In this document: one piece after another, positions 1 to 13,260 of the stretch | How the letters are laid out: the number at the start of each line of letters is the position of its first letter | Numbering within the stretch: the stretch's first letter is position 1 | Source of the DNA: Octopus sinensis | Taxonomy: Eukaryota | Length of the DNA stretch: 64,000 nt | NCBI RefSeq assembly: GCF_006345805.1 | Contig: NC_043003.1 | Span: forward strand, 78,988,001-79,052,000 | Direction: 5' to 3' | Notes under the pieces: model-generated | Databases searched by the model: none | Seen by the model: only the letters and a program-made list of their open reading frames with translations | What the model was told of the DNA's origin: nothing | Made by a program: the position numbers and the translations under genes

Positions 1-315
1 AAAATAGCAAGTAACTTTAATGTAGTTACCCTACACTTCATAACGCTCGAGCTGAGGAAAGTAAACAAACGTAAATTCTTCTTGTTATCCTCGTACACAG
101 AAAAAAATATATGTAGTCGGTAACCCGCCGTATATATACATAAGGTATGTCATAAAAGCCTTAACGAGACATTTTTCTCTAGAAATGCTCGAGTAATATC
201 CATATGTTATGAATTTTTAGGGGTTACTAAAGAGTTAAAAAATAAACGGAAATATCCAATCTTTGCTTTGATATTATAAAAATATGTGTGATATAACTTC
301 GCAATATGTGTTCTG

Positions 316-355
316 CTACAGAACGTTTCGAGAACTAAATCTCTCATCAGGCGGT
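316..355 (-). ncRNA. Minimal type I hammerhead ribozyme motif (helix I imperfect)
   Basis: Minus strand reads UACCG-C-CUGAUGA-GAGA(UUUAGU)UCUC-GAAA-CG-UU-CUGUA: canonical core, 4-bp helix II, palindromic ACGU helix III; helix I 4/5 pairs with one extra nucleotide. Confidence 0.6.
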
Positions 356-663
356 ATGTAAAAGACAGGCTCGCTCTGAGGCGAACAATATATATATTTT
401 CAAGTGACATTTCTTTGACAATTGATCAGAAATCCTGTGCTGCGAAAGAAACAATTACTTCGTCATTTTGACAATTACATGTCATTTTGGCATTTAAAAA
501 TACATCGAAAACACTGTTATATTGTATTGTTATATTTTGGGATGGTTATTTTTTCCTTTTCTCTTTCTTTCTTACTTTCTTTCTTTCTTTCTTTTTGCCA
601 AATAAACTCACGCACAAGATGCCCGTTCTTCATTGCAGCCTTATTATTAATCTTATTTAAAAA

Positions 664-1057
664 GCGGTGAGCTGGCAGAATCGCTAGCACGCTGTGCAAA
701 TGCTTACCGGTATTTCGTCTGCCGTTACGTTCTGAGTTCAAATTCCGCCGAGGTCGACTTTGTCTTTCATCCTTTCGGGGTCGATTAAATAAGTACCAAC
801 TACGCACTGGGGTCGATATAATCGACTTAATCCGTTTGTCTGTCCTTGTTTGTCCTCTCTGTGTTTAGCCCCTTGTGAGTAGTAAAAAATAGATATTTCG
901 TCCGACTTAACGTTCTGAGTTCAAATCCACCGAGGTCGACTTTGCCTTTCAACCTTTCAGGGTCGATAAAATAAGTACCAGTTGATCACTAGGTTTGATG
1001 TAATCGACTAGTCCCATCTCACCAAATTTCAGGCTTTGTGCCTACAGTAGAAAGGTT
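664..1057 (+). mobile_element. tRNA-derived SINE family A (Meta-domain-like), dimeric A1+A2 form
   Basis: Head GCGGTGAGCTGGCAGAA...GAGTTCAAATTCC (B box); body GTCGACTTTG(T/C)CTTTCA..CCTTTC.GGGTCGAT..AATAAGTACCA occurs twice with two different tails; many dispersed copies in window. Confidence 0.9.
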
Positions 1058-1423
1058 AATAATTCTCATTTTCGTGTCCTTTGTCTGATATCTTTCGTCA
1101 CACATCCTATGTCCTCTTTAATACCTCTCCATCCCACATGTCTCTTCCTGTCCTGTTTAGCCCATTCTGGCTTTGAAAACCAGAATATAATGCGTATACT
1201 GATTTGGCAAAAAGAAAAAAAGATTACCCTCCTGAAATATAACAATACCGGTTTCAGCAGACGATTTCACATCAGGAACATTGCAAAACAAATGCATAAA
1301 CGAAAATTATTTTATTGCCTTTTGATTATTTCTTTCATTATGTCTCTACAACTTGATGACAAAATTCTGCAGCTTCCACTGCCAATAAGTAAAAGTAAAT
1401 TCCCATTGTTTGCTTTCTGTCAC

Positions 1424-1583
1424 ACGTGTGGCTGTGTGGCATGAACTTTGTTTCACAGCCACATGGCTGGATTCAGTTCCACTGCGTGGTGTGGAACTTT
1501 GGGCATATGTCTTTTGTTATGACCGCGGGCCGACCCAAGTCTTGTGAGTGGATTTGGTCAACGGAAACTTAAAGAAACTCGCC

Positions 1584-1586
<3 letters not shown>
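1424..1586 (+). mobile_element. SINE family B (CORE-like), 5' half, degenerate
   Basis: GGCTGTGTGG head, CTTTGGGCA core-like segment, GTGAGTGGATTTGG...GAAA then (TA)n. Confidence 0.75.
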
Positions 1587-1626
<40 letters not shown>

Positions 1627-1937
1627 ATATTATATATATATATATATAAATATATAAACAAGGGTATTAGATAGCACCAGTTTCGCTAGAAATAGGAGTC
1701 AAAAGTGACTGAATTAGCCACAAGCGCTGAAAGTTAACAAACTGACGAAATCGGGGGAGCGAGAAAAAATAGCCAACATACCAAAGCGAGAGACAACCGC
1801 AAAGGAAATTGCAGATATACCCCTGTCACGTGATTTCGAACTCTGAAATAATTCTCTTAGTCCTCCTCAGTGGGTCTTGCTGCTAGGGGCTAAACGGTTA
1901 CTCGCCTCGTACAAGGTTGTTGAAACTGTTGAGGGTT

Positions 1938-2170
1938 TTTTTGCCTGTGTTTGTCCCCGACCACCGCTTGCCAACCGGTGTTGGTGTGTTTACATCTCCA
2001 TAACTTAACGATTCGCCAAAAGAGAGACCGGTAGAATAAATACCAGGCTTAAAGAAAAGCACAAAACAAGCTTGAGTACTGAGTTCGATATATTCGACTA
2101 AAGGTTCTTCAAGGCGGTGCTCCAGCATGGCCGCAGTCTAATGACTAAAACAAGTAAAAGAATAAAAAAC
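1938..2170 (+). mobile_element. SINE family B, 3' half (separated from its 5' half by an insert)
   Basis: TGTGTTTGTCCCC...GGCGGTGCTCCAGCATGGCCGCAGTC...AAACAAGTAAAAG matches family B tail. Confidence 0.85.
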
Positions 2171-3384
2171 AAAAGACCCAAATACATTCTAGAATTTAAA
2201 TGGTAATATGTACAATTACAAGAGCAGTAGGTTATGAAAATGTCGAGTGATGAAAAATTTTTGCAATGTTTGGTTCCAGCTTTCTACGTTTCAAGTTGAA
2301 ATGTGACTGAGCACAGCTTTACCTTTTACTTTTCGTCCTTCTAGTATCAGTAAAGTCTAGTGCCAGTTAAATACAGTGGTTGTTTCATCGACTATATTCA
2401 TCCCCAAATTTGACGCCTTGCACTTATTTAAGAAATAATTATTAGCAATTATAAATTCGATTGGTTCATTATAGAATACAGATAGAATATCATATATTAC
2501 TGGACTGAAGTTGTGATCTCTGTCTCTTGGAAATATATAGCACCTTATTACCTTATTACCATTTCAGAATGAAAGATCGGAATTGGTGATTGCTTGTTGA
2601 CTCGTTCATTGATATTTATTGAAGGATTTCTGCTACACAGAGATCTTTTCAGTTTGGTTGCCACTTTTCAATTTCTTCAATTTTGTTCCAATCGATTTCA
2701 AATTTGGTGTGTGGATGTAGTTTTGCATGCTAATTATTGACAGGAAATTTATTTTCATCATGAATTCATAAACAGTTAATAGCTTTTAAAATCTGCACAT
2801 TTTTGGTAATTTTAGTCAATTGAAAGCTACAGACACATAGATGCCTGCTTCCATAGTAACAAGCCAAGCATTGGCACTCTCCTGTAAAGCCATATGTGTT
2901 TACAAAAAAAAAAAAAGAAAAAAGTGTGCTGTTTACTGTTTTTTCGAACTGGACTACAGTTTGTTTTTTCCGCTCTCAAAACTATAAAATGTGTTAATTC
3001 TATTTTTTTTCTTTGCATTAAATGCATATTGAATGCTTAAAACTAGAAAATATTGGTTATTTACTCACTTTTTGTTCATTTTTCGCTTATCAGCTGCTTA
3101 ATACACGTGCTATCGTTGTAATGTTGACATTATTGTTTTGTCGCGTTACCATTGCAGTCACCCACAAAATGATAGCTTCCAAATCCTCTTCTCTGATTAG
3201 GTAAAAATGATCAAACTTTAAACCGCTGTAACTTTTGTAAAAAAAATTATGGAACAAGAGAATTAGGCCCTGAGATTCAGCGTAGAAAATTACATCAATG
3301 CATCAAAATTTGAAAATCTTCACTTTATTTTAAAATTTCAAAAGGCCAAACAGAAAAGATCCCCACACTCTAATAAACTGTCAT

Positions 3385-3513
<129 letters not shown>

Positions 3514-3710
3514 ATGGTTTCAAATTTTGTCACAAGGGCAGCAATTTTGTGGGAAGGGATGAGTCGATTACATCGACCCCAGTGTTTAACTGGTACTTAT
3601 TTTATCGATCTCGAAAGGATGAAAAGCAAAGTCGACCTCAGCGGATTTTGAACTCAGAACGAAGCGTGCGGTTAAATACCGCGTGCTAACGAGTCTGCCA
3701 GCTCACCTCC

Positions 3711-3712
<2 letters not shown>
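3514..3712 (-). mobile_element. SINE family A (A2 tail)
   Basis: Reverse complement of family A head/body/tail, flanked by (AAT)n. Confidence 0.85.
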
Positions 3713-3773
<61 letters not shown>

Positions 3774-3803
3774 CCCTGATGAAATAATACCCTGACGAAA
3801 TCG

Positions 3804-4180
3804 GGCTATGTGGTAAGAAGTTTGATTCCCAACCACAAGGTTCCAGGTTCATCCCCACTGTGTGACACCTTCTACTATAACCTCGGGCCGACCAAAGCCT
3901 TATGAGTAGATTTGATAGACGGTAACTGAAAGAAGCCCTTAGTATATGTGTGTGTGTGAGTGTGTGTATGGTTTTGTGCCTGCGTTTGTCCCACCACCAC
4001 TTGACAACTGCTGTTGGTCTGTTAAAGGCCTTGTGACTTAGCGTTCGGCAAAAGAACCGATAGAATAAGTACTAGACTCCAAAAATAAGTACCGGGACCG
4101 ATTTGTACGACAAAACCCTTCAAGGTGGTGTCGCAGTATTTCTGCAGTCTAATGACTGAAACAAGTAAAAGATAAAAGAT
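3804..4180 (+). mobile_element. SINE family B
   Basis: Head, core, internal (TG)n, tail ending GAAACAAGTAAAAGATAAAAG. Confidence 0.85.
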
Positions 4181-5269
4181 ATATATGTGTATAAACATAT
4201 AACTGTATGTATTTGCATACATATATAGATATAACTATATATACTTATATATATATAATGTGTGTGTGTGCGTGTGTATGTGTGCGCGCGTGCATATACC
4301 CTTGCTGTTGAATGACGTCTCAGCAGTAAGGCGCTATATCGAGCATATTACAATTTCAGGCTTCGTTAAGTCCTCAACTAAAAAAGACTTTGGGGCGCAG
4401 AGCTTTATACTTACATGCAGGCATGCATGCATACATAGCTACACACATACCCACATCATACATATAAGTATGTGTGTATATGTATATCTATACAATTGTA
4501 TATATGCATGTATCTGTGTATTTGTGTGATATATATGCGCATTGTATACATTCATATCCACATTAAAACTAACGCATGCATATATGTACATATGTGTGTG
4601 TACATGTAAATATATACACCCAGATTTGAAATATCCACCAGACAGACGAAGCATGTAAAAATATGCGTCAGGAAATTAAGTGGCTCAAAGTGCAAGAGCC
4701 TGCCATATAGGACAGGAATGAACGACACGAATTAGAACATGTCACAAAATGTGTGCTTCTTAGCTGTATAGTACCATTCCCATTCATCCTATTTTGTCTA
4801 GGAGGCGAAGACAGCACTAATAAGCCCCTGTTTTTTTCAGGGCCTCTGTGACTGTTGGAAGAGCTTACTTCTAAACAGGAAACTTGGCTCGAACGGTTGC
4901 AATAGCTGAACTGCACCAAACATTTTGAAAGACGATGTGGTGGAGTTAAGATGGCGGCTAATTTAGTTTAATGAGCGCAGAACGCAAACAGCCGGCGCTT
5001 TAACACATCCGCTCGTTCTGAGCACTGGACTGAATCTTTATTTTATCGGTTTCGAAAGGATGAGAGGTCAAGGTGTCTTGGATGTGATTTGATCTCAGAG
5101 ACCAAGGAATCGAAGCAAATCCTGCAAGAAATTCTGTTCTACGTTCTAACGACTCTTTTCCGCCATATGTGGATCAGAACGTGTGAAAAGACTTTAGCAA
5201 AGCAAGAAAAGGAATCTGGAAGGACCGGGGTATCAATCAACAGCTCGATGTTTGACTATACGACACCTT

Positions 5270-5420
5270 TATTTTCCAACTTGCTTCCTACACCTCGAAA
5301 AAACAGATATTCACACATGAAGATCACTCAGGCCAAAAGCTTTTTAGATGTTGCGATCTGTATTAGAAATATATTTACGGAACAGGTGTAGAACTATATC
5401 CATATGAAAAGCCCTGCACA
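5270..5420 (+). pseudogene. Possible highly decayed Penelope-type RT fragment
   Basis: Translation ...MKITQAKSFLDVAICIRN resembles the RT 'FLDV.I' block; very degenerate. Confidence 0.25.
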
Positions 5421-5712
5421 TGAAAGATACTATTAACGATATATTAAGAAGGAAAAGACTAAAGTAGTTCAATAATGTAATCAAAAGAATGCCCAGTGAA
5501 TACGTATTGTTGAGGCTCCGCATAGAAGTCAAATTTCAATCCATGTGGTTGAAATTTCAACCCATTTGGTAGACAAAAATGTGAACGTTTCATGGCTGTG
5601 AATACAACACGAAAGAGCAGAGCATCCAATTGAAACAGTTCAGAGTGGTCCAGCTAACAGAAAAGAAAGCGAGAGTCCAAACAGAACTGAGTCACAACAA
5701 TCAAAATAATAT

Positions 5713-6095
5713 AGGAGTGGCTATGTGGTAAGTAGCTTGCTTACCAACTATATGGCTCCGGGTTCAGTCCCAATGCCACCTTGGGCAAGTGCCTTCTACT
5801 ATATCCTCGGGCCGAGCAAAGCCTTGTGAGTGGACCTGGTAGACGGAAACTGAAAGAAGCCCTTCGTATGTATATATATGTAAGTATGTATGTGTATGTG
5901 TTTGTTCCCCCAGCATCGCTTGACATCCGATGCTGGTGTGTTTACGTCCCCGTAACCTAGCGATTCGGCAAAAGATCCCCGGATGGAATAATTACTAAGC
6001 TTACAAAGAATAAGTCCTCAGGTGAATGTGCTCGACTAAAGGCGGTGCTCCAGCATGGCCGCAGTCAAATGACTGAAACAATTAAAAGAATAAAA
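5713..6095 (+). mobile_element. SINE family B
   Basis: AGGAGTGGCTATGTGGTAAG head, ACCTTGGGCAAGTG core, tail. Confidence 0.9.
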
Positions 6096-6149
6096 ATATA
6101 TATATGTGTGTGCTTTGTGTTTGTATGGGTGCGTGTATACATCTATATG

Positions 6150-6372
6150 TGTGTGTGTCTTTGTGTCTGTGTTTGTCTCCCATCACCACTTGACAACCGC
6201 TGTTGGTGTGTTTTCGTACCCGTATCATAGTGGATCGACAAAAGAGAACGACAGAATAAGTAGTAGGCTTAAGAATTAAGCCCTAGGACCGATTTTTTCA
6301 ACTAAAACCTTCCAATGCGGAGCTCCAGCATGGCCACGGTCAAATGACTGAAACAAATAAAGGAATAAAAGA
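6150..6372 (+). mobile_element. SINE family B, additional 3' half
   Basis: Second degenerate tail module after (TG)n. Confidence 0.75.
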
Positions 6373-6812
6373 ACACATACATATATATATATTGGTGTGT
6401 ATGTGTATACATATGCGCTATATAATAAGTAAGGTCGGTGTGGCTGGATAGTTAAAAATATCATCGCTTCACAACCATGAGTTTCATGCTCGATATAAAT
6501 GCACACAGATTCATGTATGTTTGAATGTATATAGAATGCTATTAAATAACCCCACCCATTGGATAAAGTTAGAGTACAACATTTGCGTACTCTGTTTCTT
6601 TACTGACTCTAGTATTCTCTGGTTGATGGCAGACTTCTGAAAGAATTACTCAGATTTGATACTCATAAAAGTATTACGATTGAAATTTTATTTTATTTTG
6701 GTGCTGCTATAACAAATGCTGTCAGCTGCCCATTTAACTAAATAGACGACGTCTACATCTAATAGACTATTTCTGCCCATTTAACTGAAGGGACTACATC
6801 TATTTCTGTTAA

Positions 6813-7030
6813 AAAGCAGAAAGCTGGCACTATCGTTAGCTCGCGAGGCCAAATGCTTAGCACTGACTCTTTCATCTTTAAGTTCTGAGTTCAAATTCCA
6901 CCGAGGTCAACTTTGCCTTTCATCCTTTTGGAGTCGATAAAATAAGTGTTATTTGAGCACTGGGGTCGATGTAATCGGCTTACCCACTCCATCGAAATTG
7001 CTGGCCTTGTGGCAAATTTTCAAACCAATA
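6813..7030 (+). mobile_element. SINE family A, degenerate
   Basis: GAGTTCAAATTCCACCGAGGTCAACTTTGCCTTTCATCC...GGGGTCGATGTAATCG. Confidence 0.85.
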
Positions 7031-7049
7031 GTAAAATAATCTATATTGG

Positions 7050-7215
7050 TTTCACATTTTGGCTTAAGGTTAGTAATTTCGAGATTAGGGATAAGTTGAT
7101 TACATCAATCCCAGTGCTTAACTGGTGCTTAATTTAGCAACCCGAAAGGATGAAAAGCAAAGTCGACTTCGGCGGAACTTGAACTCGCGTGCAAACGATT
7201 CTGCCAGCTTGCCGC
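7050..7215 (-). mobile_element. SINE family A, degenerate
   Basis: Reverse complement of family A body (GAAAGGATGAAAAGCAAAGTCGACTTCGGCGG). Confidence 0.8.
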
Positions 7216-8166
7216 TTTACTACAAAATTCTATATCAAAATGTAATGTATCTAGTCAACATTCATTGGTTCACAGATATCGTTATTGCCCTGTCATATAC
7301 AGGAGCAATACTAAAATCACAACAGAGAAATGGAAAATATGCTTTCTGTATTTCAGAAAACCATTATTTGACAACAGCATGGCTAAAACATATTTGACAA
7401 CAGTATGGTTTAAAAGATATAGCTCTCACAATTGGAAATATCCATGATAATTGGAAAATCTAACTCGAACTTCTTAATTACGCATTTCGTAATTTACAAC
7501 ATCGTCTAATGTCGGTAAACAGAAAGTGGATTATCGATTATAATGAATCTCGAAGGCTGTAGGCCCATTAAACTTGTGTTTATCCTGGTTTTCGTGATAT
7601 TCATGTGACTGGGTTTTGGATGGCAATCTTAGTAAATCGGATGTCATTTTGTCGCAAGATTAATCTGTAGCTGGCACTGGATATTTCTCAGTTGAGTAAA
7701 ATGAACCTACGTGAGATGAAGTGTCTCGCCTAAGGATACATCGAGTCGCCCAGACTGAGACTTGAACTCAATGACTTAACGATACAAAGCCCAGTATCCA
7801 CATAGCCGCGCGCTTTCGTAGTTATATATATGAATGAGAGCCTAAAGCAAATTTTTCTTATAGAGTTATTTGCGTTAAATTGACCAATCATTTCAAGAAA
7901 CACCTTCTTATTTTGGTCGCGTCTAAATAAATTTGTCCAGGCGTTATAAAAACTAATCAATCGTACGATGCTGGGAAATTGAAATGAAATTGTCAACATG
8001 ACATAGCAAATATGAAGATATTACCTTGTATGTCATTAATCATTTATATGATCAACCTGTCATAATTAAGCCACACGAAAAAGTGCGATGTGTTTGTCTT
8101 CACGGTGAAAATCCAACACTCAATTATGCATTAGATCAGCTGTTCGTGCTAAAGAAGTCAGACAAC

Positions 8167-8262
8167 TACTTAGCGGCACAATGACATCTATCAACGATAT
8201 TAATAGTATTTCAGTACTTAGCGGCACAATGACATCGATCAACGATACTAATAGTATTTCAG
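8167..8262. repeat. 48-bp tandem duplication (2 copies, 2 mismatches)
   Basis: TACTTAGCGGCACAATGACATC.ATCAACGATA.TAATAGTATTTCAG at 8167-8214 and 8215-8262. Confidence 0.95.
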
Positions 8263-9002
8263 CAATTTCTTTGTACTACATAAAAAATAATACCTATAAA
8301 ACTGCTTGTGGTCAAAATTCAAAGTCTTATGATGGATTAAGTCTCCACCAACGACGAATCATAACTTTCTAGCCGCCTATGATCTATGTCTACGATGGAT
8401 GATAAGTCTTACTCGTGATCCAGAGCACCTTTTTATTTCAGAACAGATTTGCTGAATAAGTGTAGAGGACGATGATGATAGTGGAGGTGACTTGCGAGCG
8501 ATAGTGTTACGCTTGAGCGAGCACCTTTTCTGTGCGGTATCATTCAAAGTAAGCGATACCTTCGTGGAAGATCCTTGCCATCGTATTCGGTTGCTGACTT
8601 GCGTTACCCATATTGTAGGATCGATCTGACACAACTTCACAGTGGCTTTTGGGATATCTTTGTATCATTTATAAAGCCTACCCTGTGAACAGTGACCTTT
8701 GTCCTGCTGGGTGAATAGCATAGCCTTGCCAATACGCACGTCGAAGATAAGCGACATATATCCGGCTGAGATCCATATAGAATCGGATCATGATGCTACT
8801 TTCACATTGCTTGGAGGAATCACTGCAGGTAAAAAAAAAGAAAAAAAAACAATAAAAACCTATATTAAACGGAAGGAGTACTATGAAATAACTGCTTTGT
8901 GCCATTGATGATGGAAAAGAGGTCATAAATGGAACCCGAAATGGTGCTGCTGGCGATGATTCTATCATATGTAAATGATTTAGAAATAACATTTAATCGA
9001 TT

Positions 9003-9385
9003 GTGGAGGCGCAATGGCCCAGTGGTTAGGGCAGCGGACTCGCGGTCGTAGGATCGCGGTTTCGATTCCCAGACCGGGCGTTGTGAGTGTTTATTGAGCG
9101 AAAACACCTAAAGCTCCACGAGGCTCCGGCAGGGATGGTGGTGATCCCTGCTGTACTCTTTCACCACAACTTTCTCTCACTCTTACTTCCTGTTTCTGTT
9201 GTACCTGTATTTCAAAGGGCCGGTTTTGTCACTCTCTGTGTCACGCTGAATATCCCCGAGAACTACGTTAAGGGTACACGTGTCTGTGGAGTGCTCAGCC
9301 ACTTACACGTTAATTTCACGAGCAGGCTGTTCCGATGATCGGATCAACCGGAACCCTCGTCGTCGTAACCGACGGAGTGCTTCCA
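9003..9385 (+). mobile_element. tRNA-derived SINE family C (tail type 1), full length
   Basis: tRNA-like head with A box TGGCCCAGTGG and B box GTTTCGATTCC; homologous copy at 31482-31868. Confidence 0.9.
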
Positions 9386-9727
9386 TATATATTTAATCGA
9401 TTAAAAGATTATGGCTTAAAGTGTCATGAAGTAAAATTCAATTTTTTAAAGTCAATTATCTTGGCAATACCATTAGCACATTTGGCAAAGATTATCCGGA
9501 AAAATACCAATACTATTTTAAAATTATCGATTTCAAAATATGCCAATGAAGTTTTAGCATTTGTTTCGAAAGTAAGATATTACACATTCATGAAGAAGTT
9601 GGCAAACTTTACAGTACTCTTGCATAATTTAACGAGCGAAATGGGCGACTTAGATGGTTAGATGATTGTCAACAGGGTCTTGATATGTGGAAACGACACG
9701 CTTTGCAATGAAAGTGCTGTTTATTTT

Positions 9728-10068
9728 GGCTGCGCATGGCTCAGTGGTTAGAGCGTCGAGCTTACGATCGTGAGGTTGTGAGCTCGAATCCCGGACCGGG
9801 CTGCGTGTTGTGTTCTTGAGCAAGGCACTTTATTTCACGTTGCTCCAGTTCACTCAGCTGTAGAAATGAGTTGCGACGTCACTGGTTCCAAGCTGTATCG
9901 ACCTTTGTCTTTCCCTTGGATAACACTGGTGGCGTGGAGAGAGGAGGCTGGTATGCATGGGCGACTGCTGGTCTTCCATAAACAACCTTGCCCGGACTTG
10001 TGTCTAGGAGGGTAACTTTCTAGGTGCAATCCCATGGTCATTCATGACCGAAGGGGGTCTTTACCCTT
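9728..10068 (+). mobile_element. tRNA-derived CORE-like SINE family D
   Basis: A box TGGCTCAGTGG, B box GCTCGAATCCC, core-like TCTTGAGCAAGGCACTTT...CACTCAGCTGTAGAAATGAG. Confidence 0.8.
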
Positions 10069-10205
10069 TAGATATATCGCCAGTTGGTGTTGGAGTTTTT
10101 CTGTTACAGCATGAAAATGGAGTTGACGATATCCAGAAACAGATTATAAAGAAGGATAATCTATCAATTATATCTGGTCTTGATAAATTTAATCAAATCT
10201 TAATC

Positions 10206-10610
10206 TCTTATTTTAACTTGTTTCAGTCATTAAAGGACGGCCATGCTAGAGCGCCTTGGAAAATTTTTAGTCAAATCACTCGACATTAGTGATTATTCTT
10301 TGTTGAGCCTGGGGCTTATTTTATTGGTCTCTCTTGTCGAACTGCTAAGTTATGGGGACGCAAACACACCAACACCGGTTTTCAAGCGGTACTGGGGAAC
10401 AACGGCAAACTCAAACAAACACACACACACACACACACACAAATATGCGACGGGCTTCTTTCAGTTTCCGTCTACCAAATCCACTCACAAAGCTTTGGTC
10501 GGCTCGAAACAATAGCAGGAAACACTGCCCAAGGAGCCACACATTGGGACTGAACCCGGAACCATGTGGTTGGGAAGCAAACTTCTTACCACACAGTCAC
10601 GCCTGCGCCT
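10206..10610 (-). mobile_element. SINE family B
   Basis: Complete reverse-complement copy with internal (CA)n. Confidence 0.9.
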
Positions 10611-10869
10611 AATGGACTATTCACCGATCACCAGCTGCATATACACATATTCACATTGAATAAAAATATACCCGATATACTGGTCGTTACGTCTCAACGT
10701 TTGTTGCACTGGATGATATTGCTAACATCATACAATACGGGATATTATTGGTGGAAGGGTTAAGTAATAGAAAGGGTCACGATGATGATATCGATATTAT
10801 TTCAATTAAACAATTTTTCGATAATGATTAGCCAGAAATTCTGAATATTGAAGTCGAACAACTAAGACA

Positions 10870-11080
10870 TTGGTTTCAAATTTTGGTACAAGGCCAGTAA
10901 ATTCGGAGTATGGGGCTAGTATTCATTCCAGTATTCAACTGGTACATATTTTATCGACCCCGAAAGGATGAAAGGTAAAGTCAACCTCGGTGGCGGTTTG
11001 AGCTTAGAACGTAAAGACGGTCGAAATTCTACTAAGCATTTTGACCGGCAGGTTAACCTTCCTACCAGCTCATCGCCATA
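10870..11080 (-). mobile_element. SINE family A, degenerate
   Basis: ATTTTATCGACCCCGAAAGGATGAAAGGTAAAGTCAACCTCGG. Confidence 0.8.
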
Positions 11081-12469
11081 GGAGCAACTAAGATATCATG
11101 GCATAAAATACAGTATCAGTCCAAGGTCGTGGATAAGTGAGATTCTTAGAGTATCGGATGAAATGCCATATGGCATTTCGTTCGGCTCTTCATGCTCTAG
11201 GTTTTTTAAAACTTAGTTTAATCTTCAGTTTAACCCAACACCTAGTCTTTCCGTGCCTTTAGTTAACTTCACTCTATTGCAAGCATTTTGATCTGGTGTA
11301 TAAATTGAGAATAAATACCTCCCTTCCTTTCATCAGTCTTGGAGGCTCTGGAAAAGGGTCATGGATGTTAACCACCCACTTGGCTTAACTGTAAGAAAGC
11401 AACATATAGGAAATATATTTGTGAGTGGTAAAATTACTCTTTCTCGGTTTAACACATCCAGCTGATCCTTGGATGTCTGTAACAGAGTCCATTCTGTTTT
11501 ATATGAACTAGATTTCAAGTCTATAGATAAACTCATGAATTACAGTTTCTTTCTCCCTTGTCTTCTATCAGTGTTGGAACTAAGACCGAAAAGCTATGGG
11601 TGCTACTTCACTAACTAAGCTCTTAAATTAAAGTTGGCTTTAATTTTCTCTAACAAATACTTGATTCAATGAAAACTGCTTTCGTGGGTGATAGACAAGG
11701 AATGTACGAATAATGTAATAGGTAAGGTGCCAATCGTGTAGAGTTTATAAATGGATGTGGATCGATCATGTCTGACCTAGGACTATACAACATCAATTCT
11801 ACCGACAATATCAAGAGCAACAACAACAGCAGCATCAATAACAACAGCAAGTAAGCACTAACAAGAATTTTAGTTTTAGACCGCCAGTATTTTACCTATT
11901 TGAAAGCACTACTCCCATGATGGTCACGACTAGATTTCCTTTTATCATAGCTCTTTGTTTACCATAGCTCTTTCCGTTTCAGACTAGGCTGAACTGCGCT
12001 GGGCTGGGCCTACGCAACAAAAACAACATTAATGGTTCAGAAAGAAAAAAAAACAGTAAAGATAATGTGAAATGTCACAGAAGCTGTTTGAATGTGGAAA
12101 AATAAATATAGGAAGACCTAGAGGATACGTGTCTGATTAAATGTTTAACTAAATATTAAACGCTTTCTTTAATAATGAGATACATTCTATTAAAGCTCTG
12201 TTGGAGGCATTGGATGTTGCACTAGAACTCATCTTTGAGAGCACTGTTCATTATAGCTGAAACATCTGTAGGCTAAGAATGTGATTATGTAGGCCCTAAT
12301 CTTTTGTCACTCAATAAATATTACATTATGTACTTACCACCTGTTTCGTATAAGAGTAGTGAGCTGAGGACATCTGTGAATTTAGACCACTCTGCAGCAG
12401 GAATTTACTTATATACTGTATATTGATTCTAATAACTGGCTACCGGCTCTACTATGGTCAAGCAGAATT

Positions 12470-12517
12470 TTAAAATATACATATAATCAACAGAGACAGA
12501 TAAACCTATACACATAT

Positions 12518-12580
<63 letters not shown>

Positions 12581-12644
12581 TATATACATATACATATATA
12601 CACACACAATATACATATACATACATATATACATAATATATATA

Positions 12645-12685
<41 letters not shown>
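12470..12685. repeat. (TA)n/(CA)n microsatellite
   Basis: Directly visible. Confidence 0.95.
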
Positions 12686-12775
12686 ACATATCTCACATCT
12701 ATTTTCTTTCCTCCACTTCACTCTCTAATTTGTATCATATCTAAATTAACTATTACTTAACTACTCTCTCACACC

Positions 12776-12823
12776 GTCTCCGATGAAGGGATATAATAAA
12801 TATCCTGGAAACAGCTGTAAGAC
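12776..12823 (+). ncRNA. Minimal hammerhead ribozyme motif with CCGAUGA (U4C) core
   Basis: GUCU-CCGAUGA-A-GGGAUAU(AAUAA)AUAUCCU-G-GAAA-CAGCUG-UA-AGAC: 4-bp helix I, 7-bp helix II, palindromic ACAGCUGU helix III, GUA cleavage triplet. Confidence 0.8.
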
Positions 12824-12923
12824 CTTCTATCTATAAATGTTCTAAAATCTACTCAGCCTTGGTTGTTTTTTTTTTATCTCACTAAGAAAAAAATTTATAT
12901 ATATATATATGTACACATGTACA

Positions 12924-13001
<78 letters not shown>

Positions 13002-13039
13002 TATGTCCTTGTGTTCGTATGCATTCGATCCTTCTTCCA

Positions 13040-13260
13040 GGAAATCTACGCTCCTAGCTTAGTTTTTCTAATACTCGTTGCTTAGTTTTTCCTGGAGGGC
13101 TGGCCGGTTCTAGTAATCTCAAGATTAATCAGCCGAAATTACTACGATGATCCGGTTCTTGACTGAAGACTGAGGGCTTCGAATGTCCTGTCTGTGTTTG
13201 TTGTATCGTCTTCTAAGTTTTTATGCGTTCTTGTCTCAGTTTGTATTTTTCTACATATCA
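13040..13260 (+). mobile_element. Non-autonomous Penelope-like repeat (family P4), 3' part
   Basis: Homologous to 53770-54000 and to the reverse complement of 55745-55950; bounded by (TA)n. Confidence 0.65.

Noticed and set aside
3772-3805. CTGATGA and CTGACGA next to GAAATC
   Set aside because: No helix II or NUH geometry; the first motif matches the start of family F.
9003-9080. tRNA-like sequences at SINE C and D heads
   Set aside because: A/B boxes continue directly into repeated SINE bodies; these are SINE heads, not tRNA genes.
12338-12391. Possible 54-nt minus-strand exon (CAG acceptor, GTG|GTAAGT donor; WSKFTDVLSSLLLYETG)
   Set aside because: Good donor, but no recognisable homology or neighbouring exons; needs RNA-seq.
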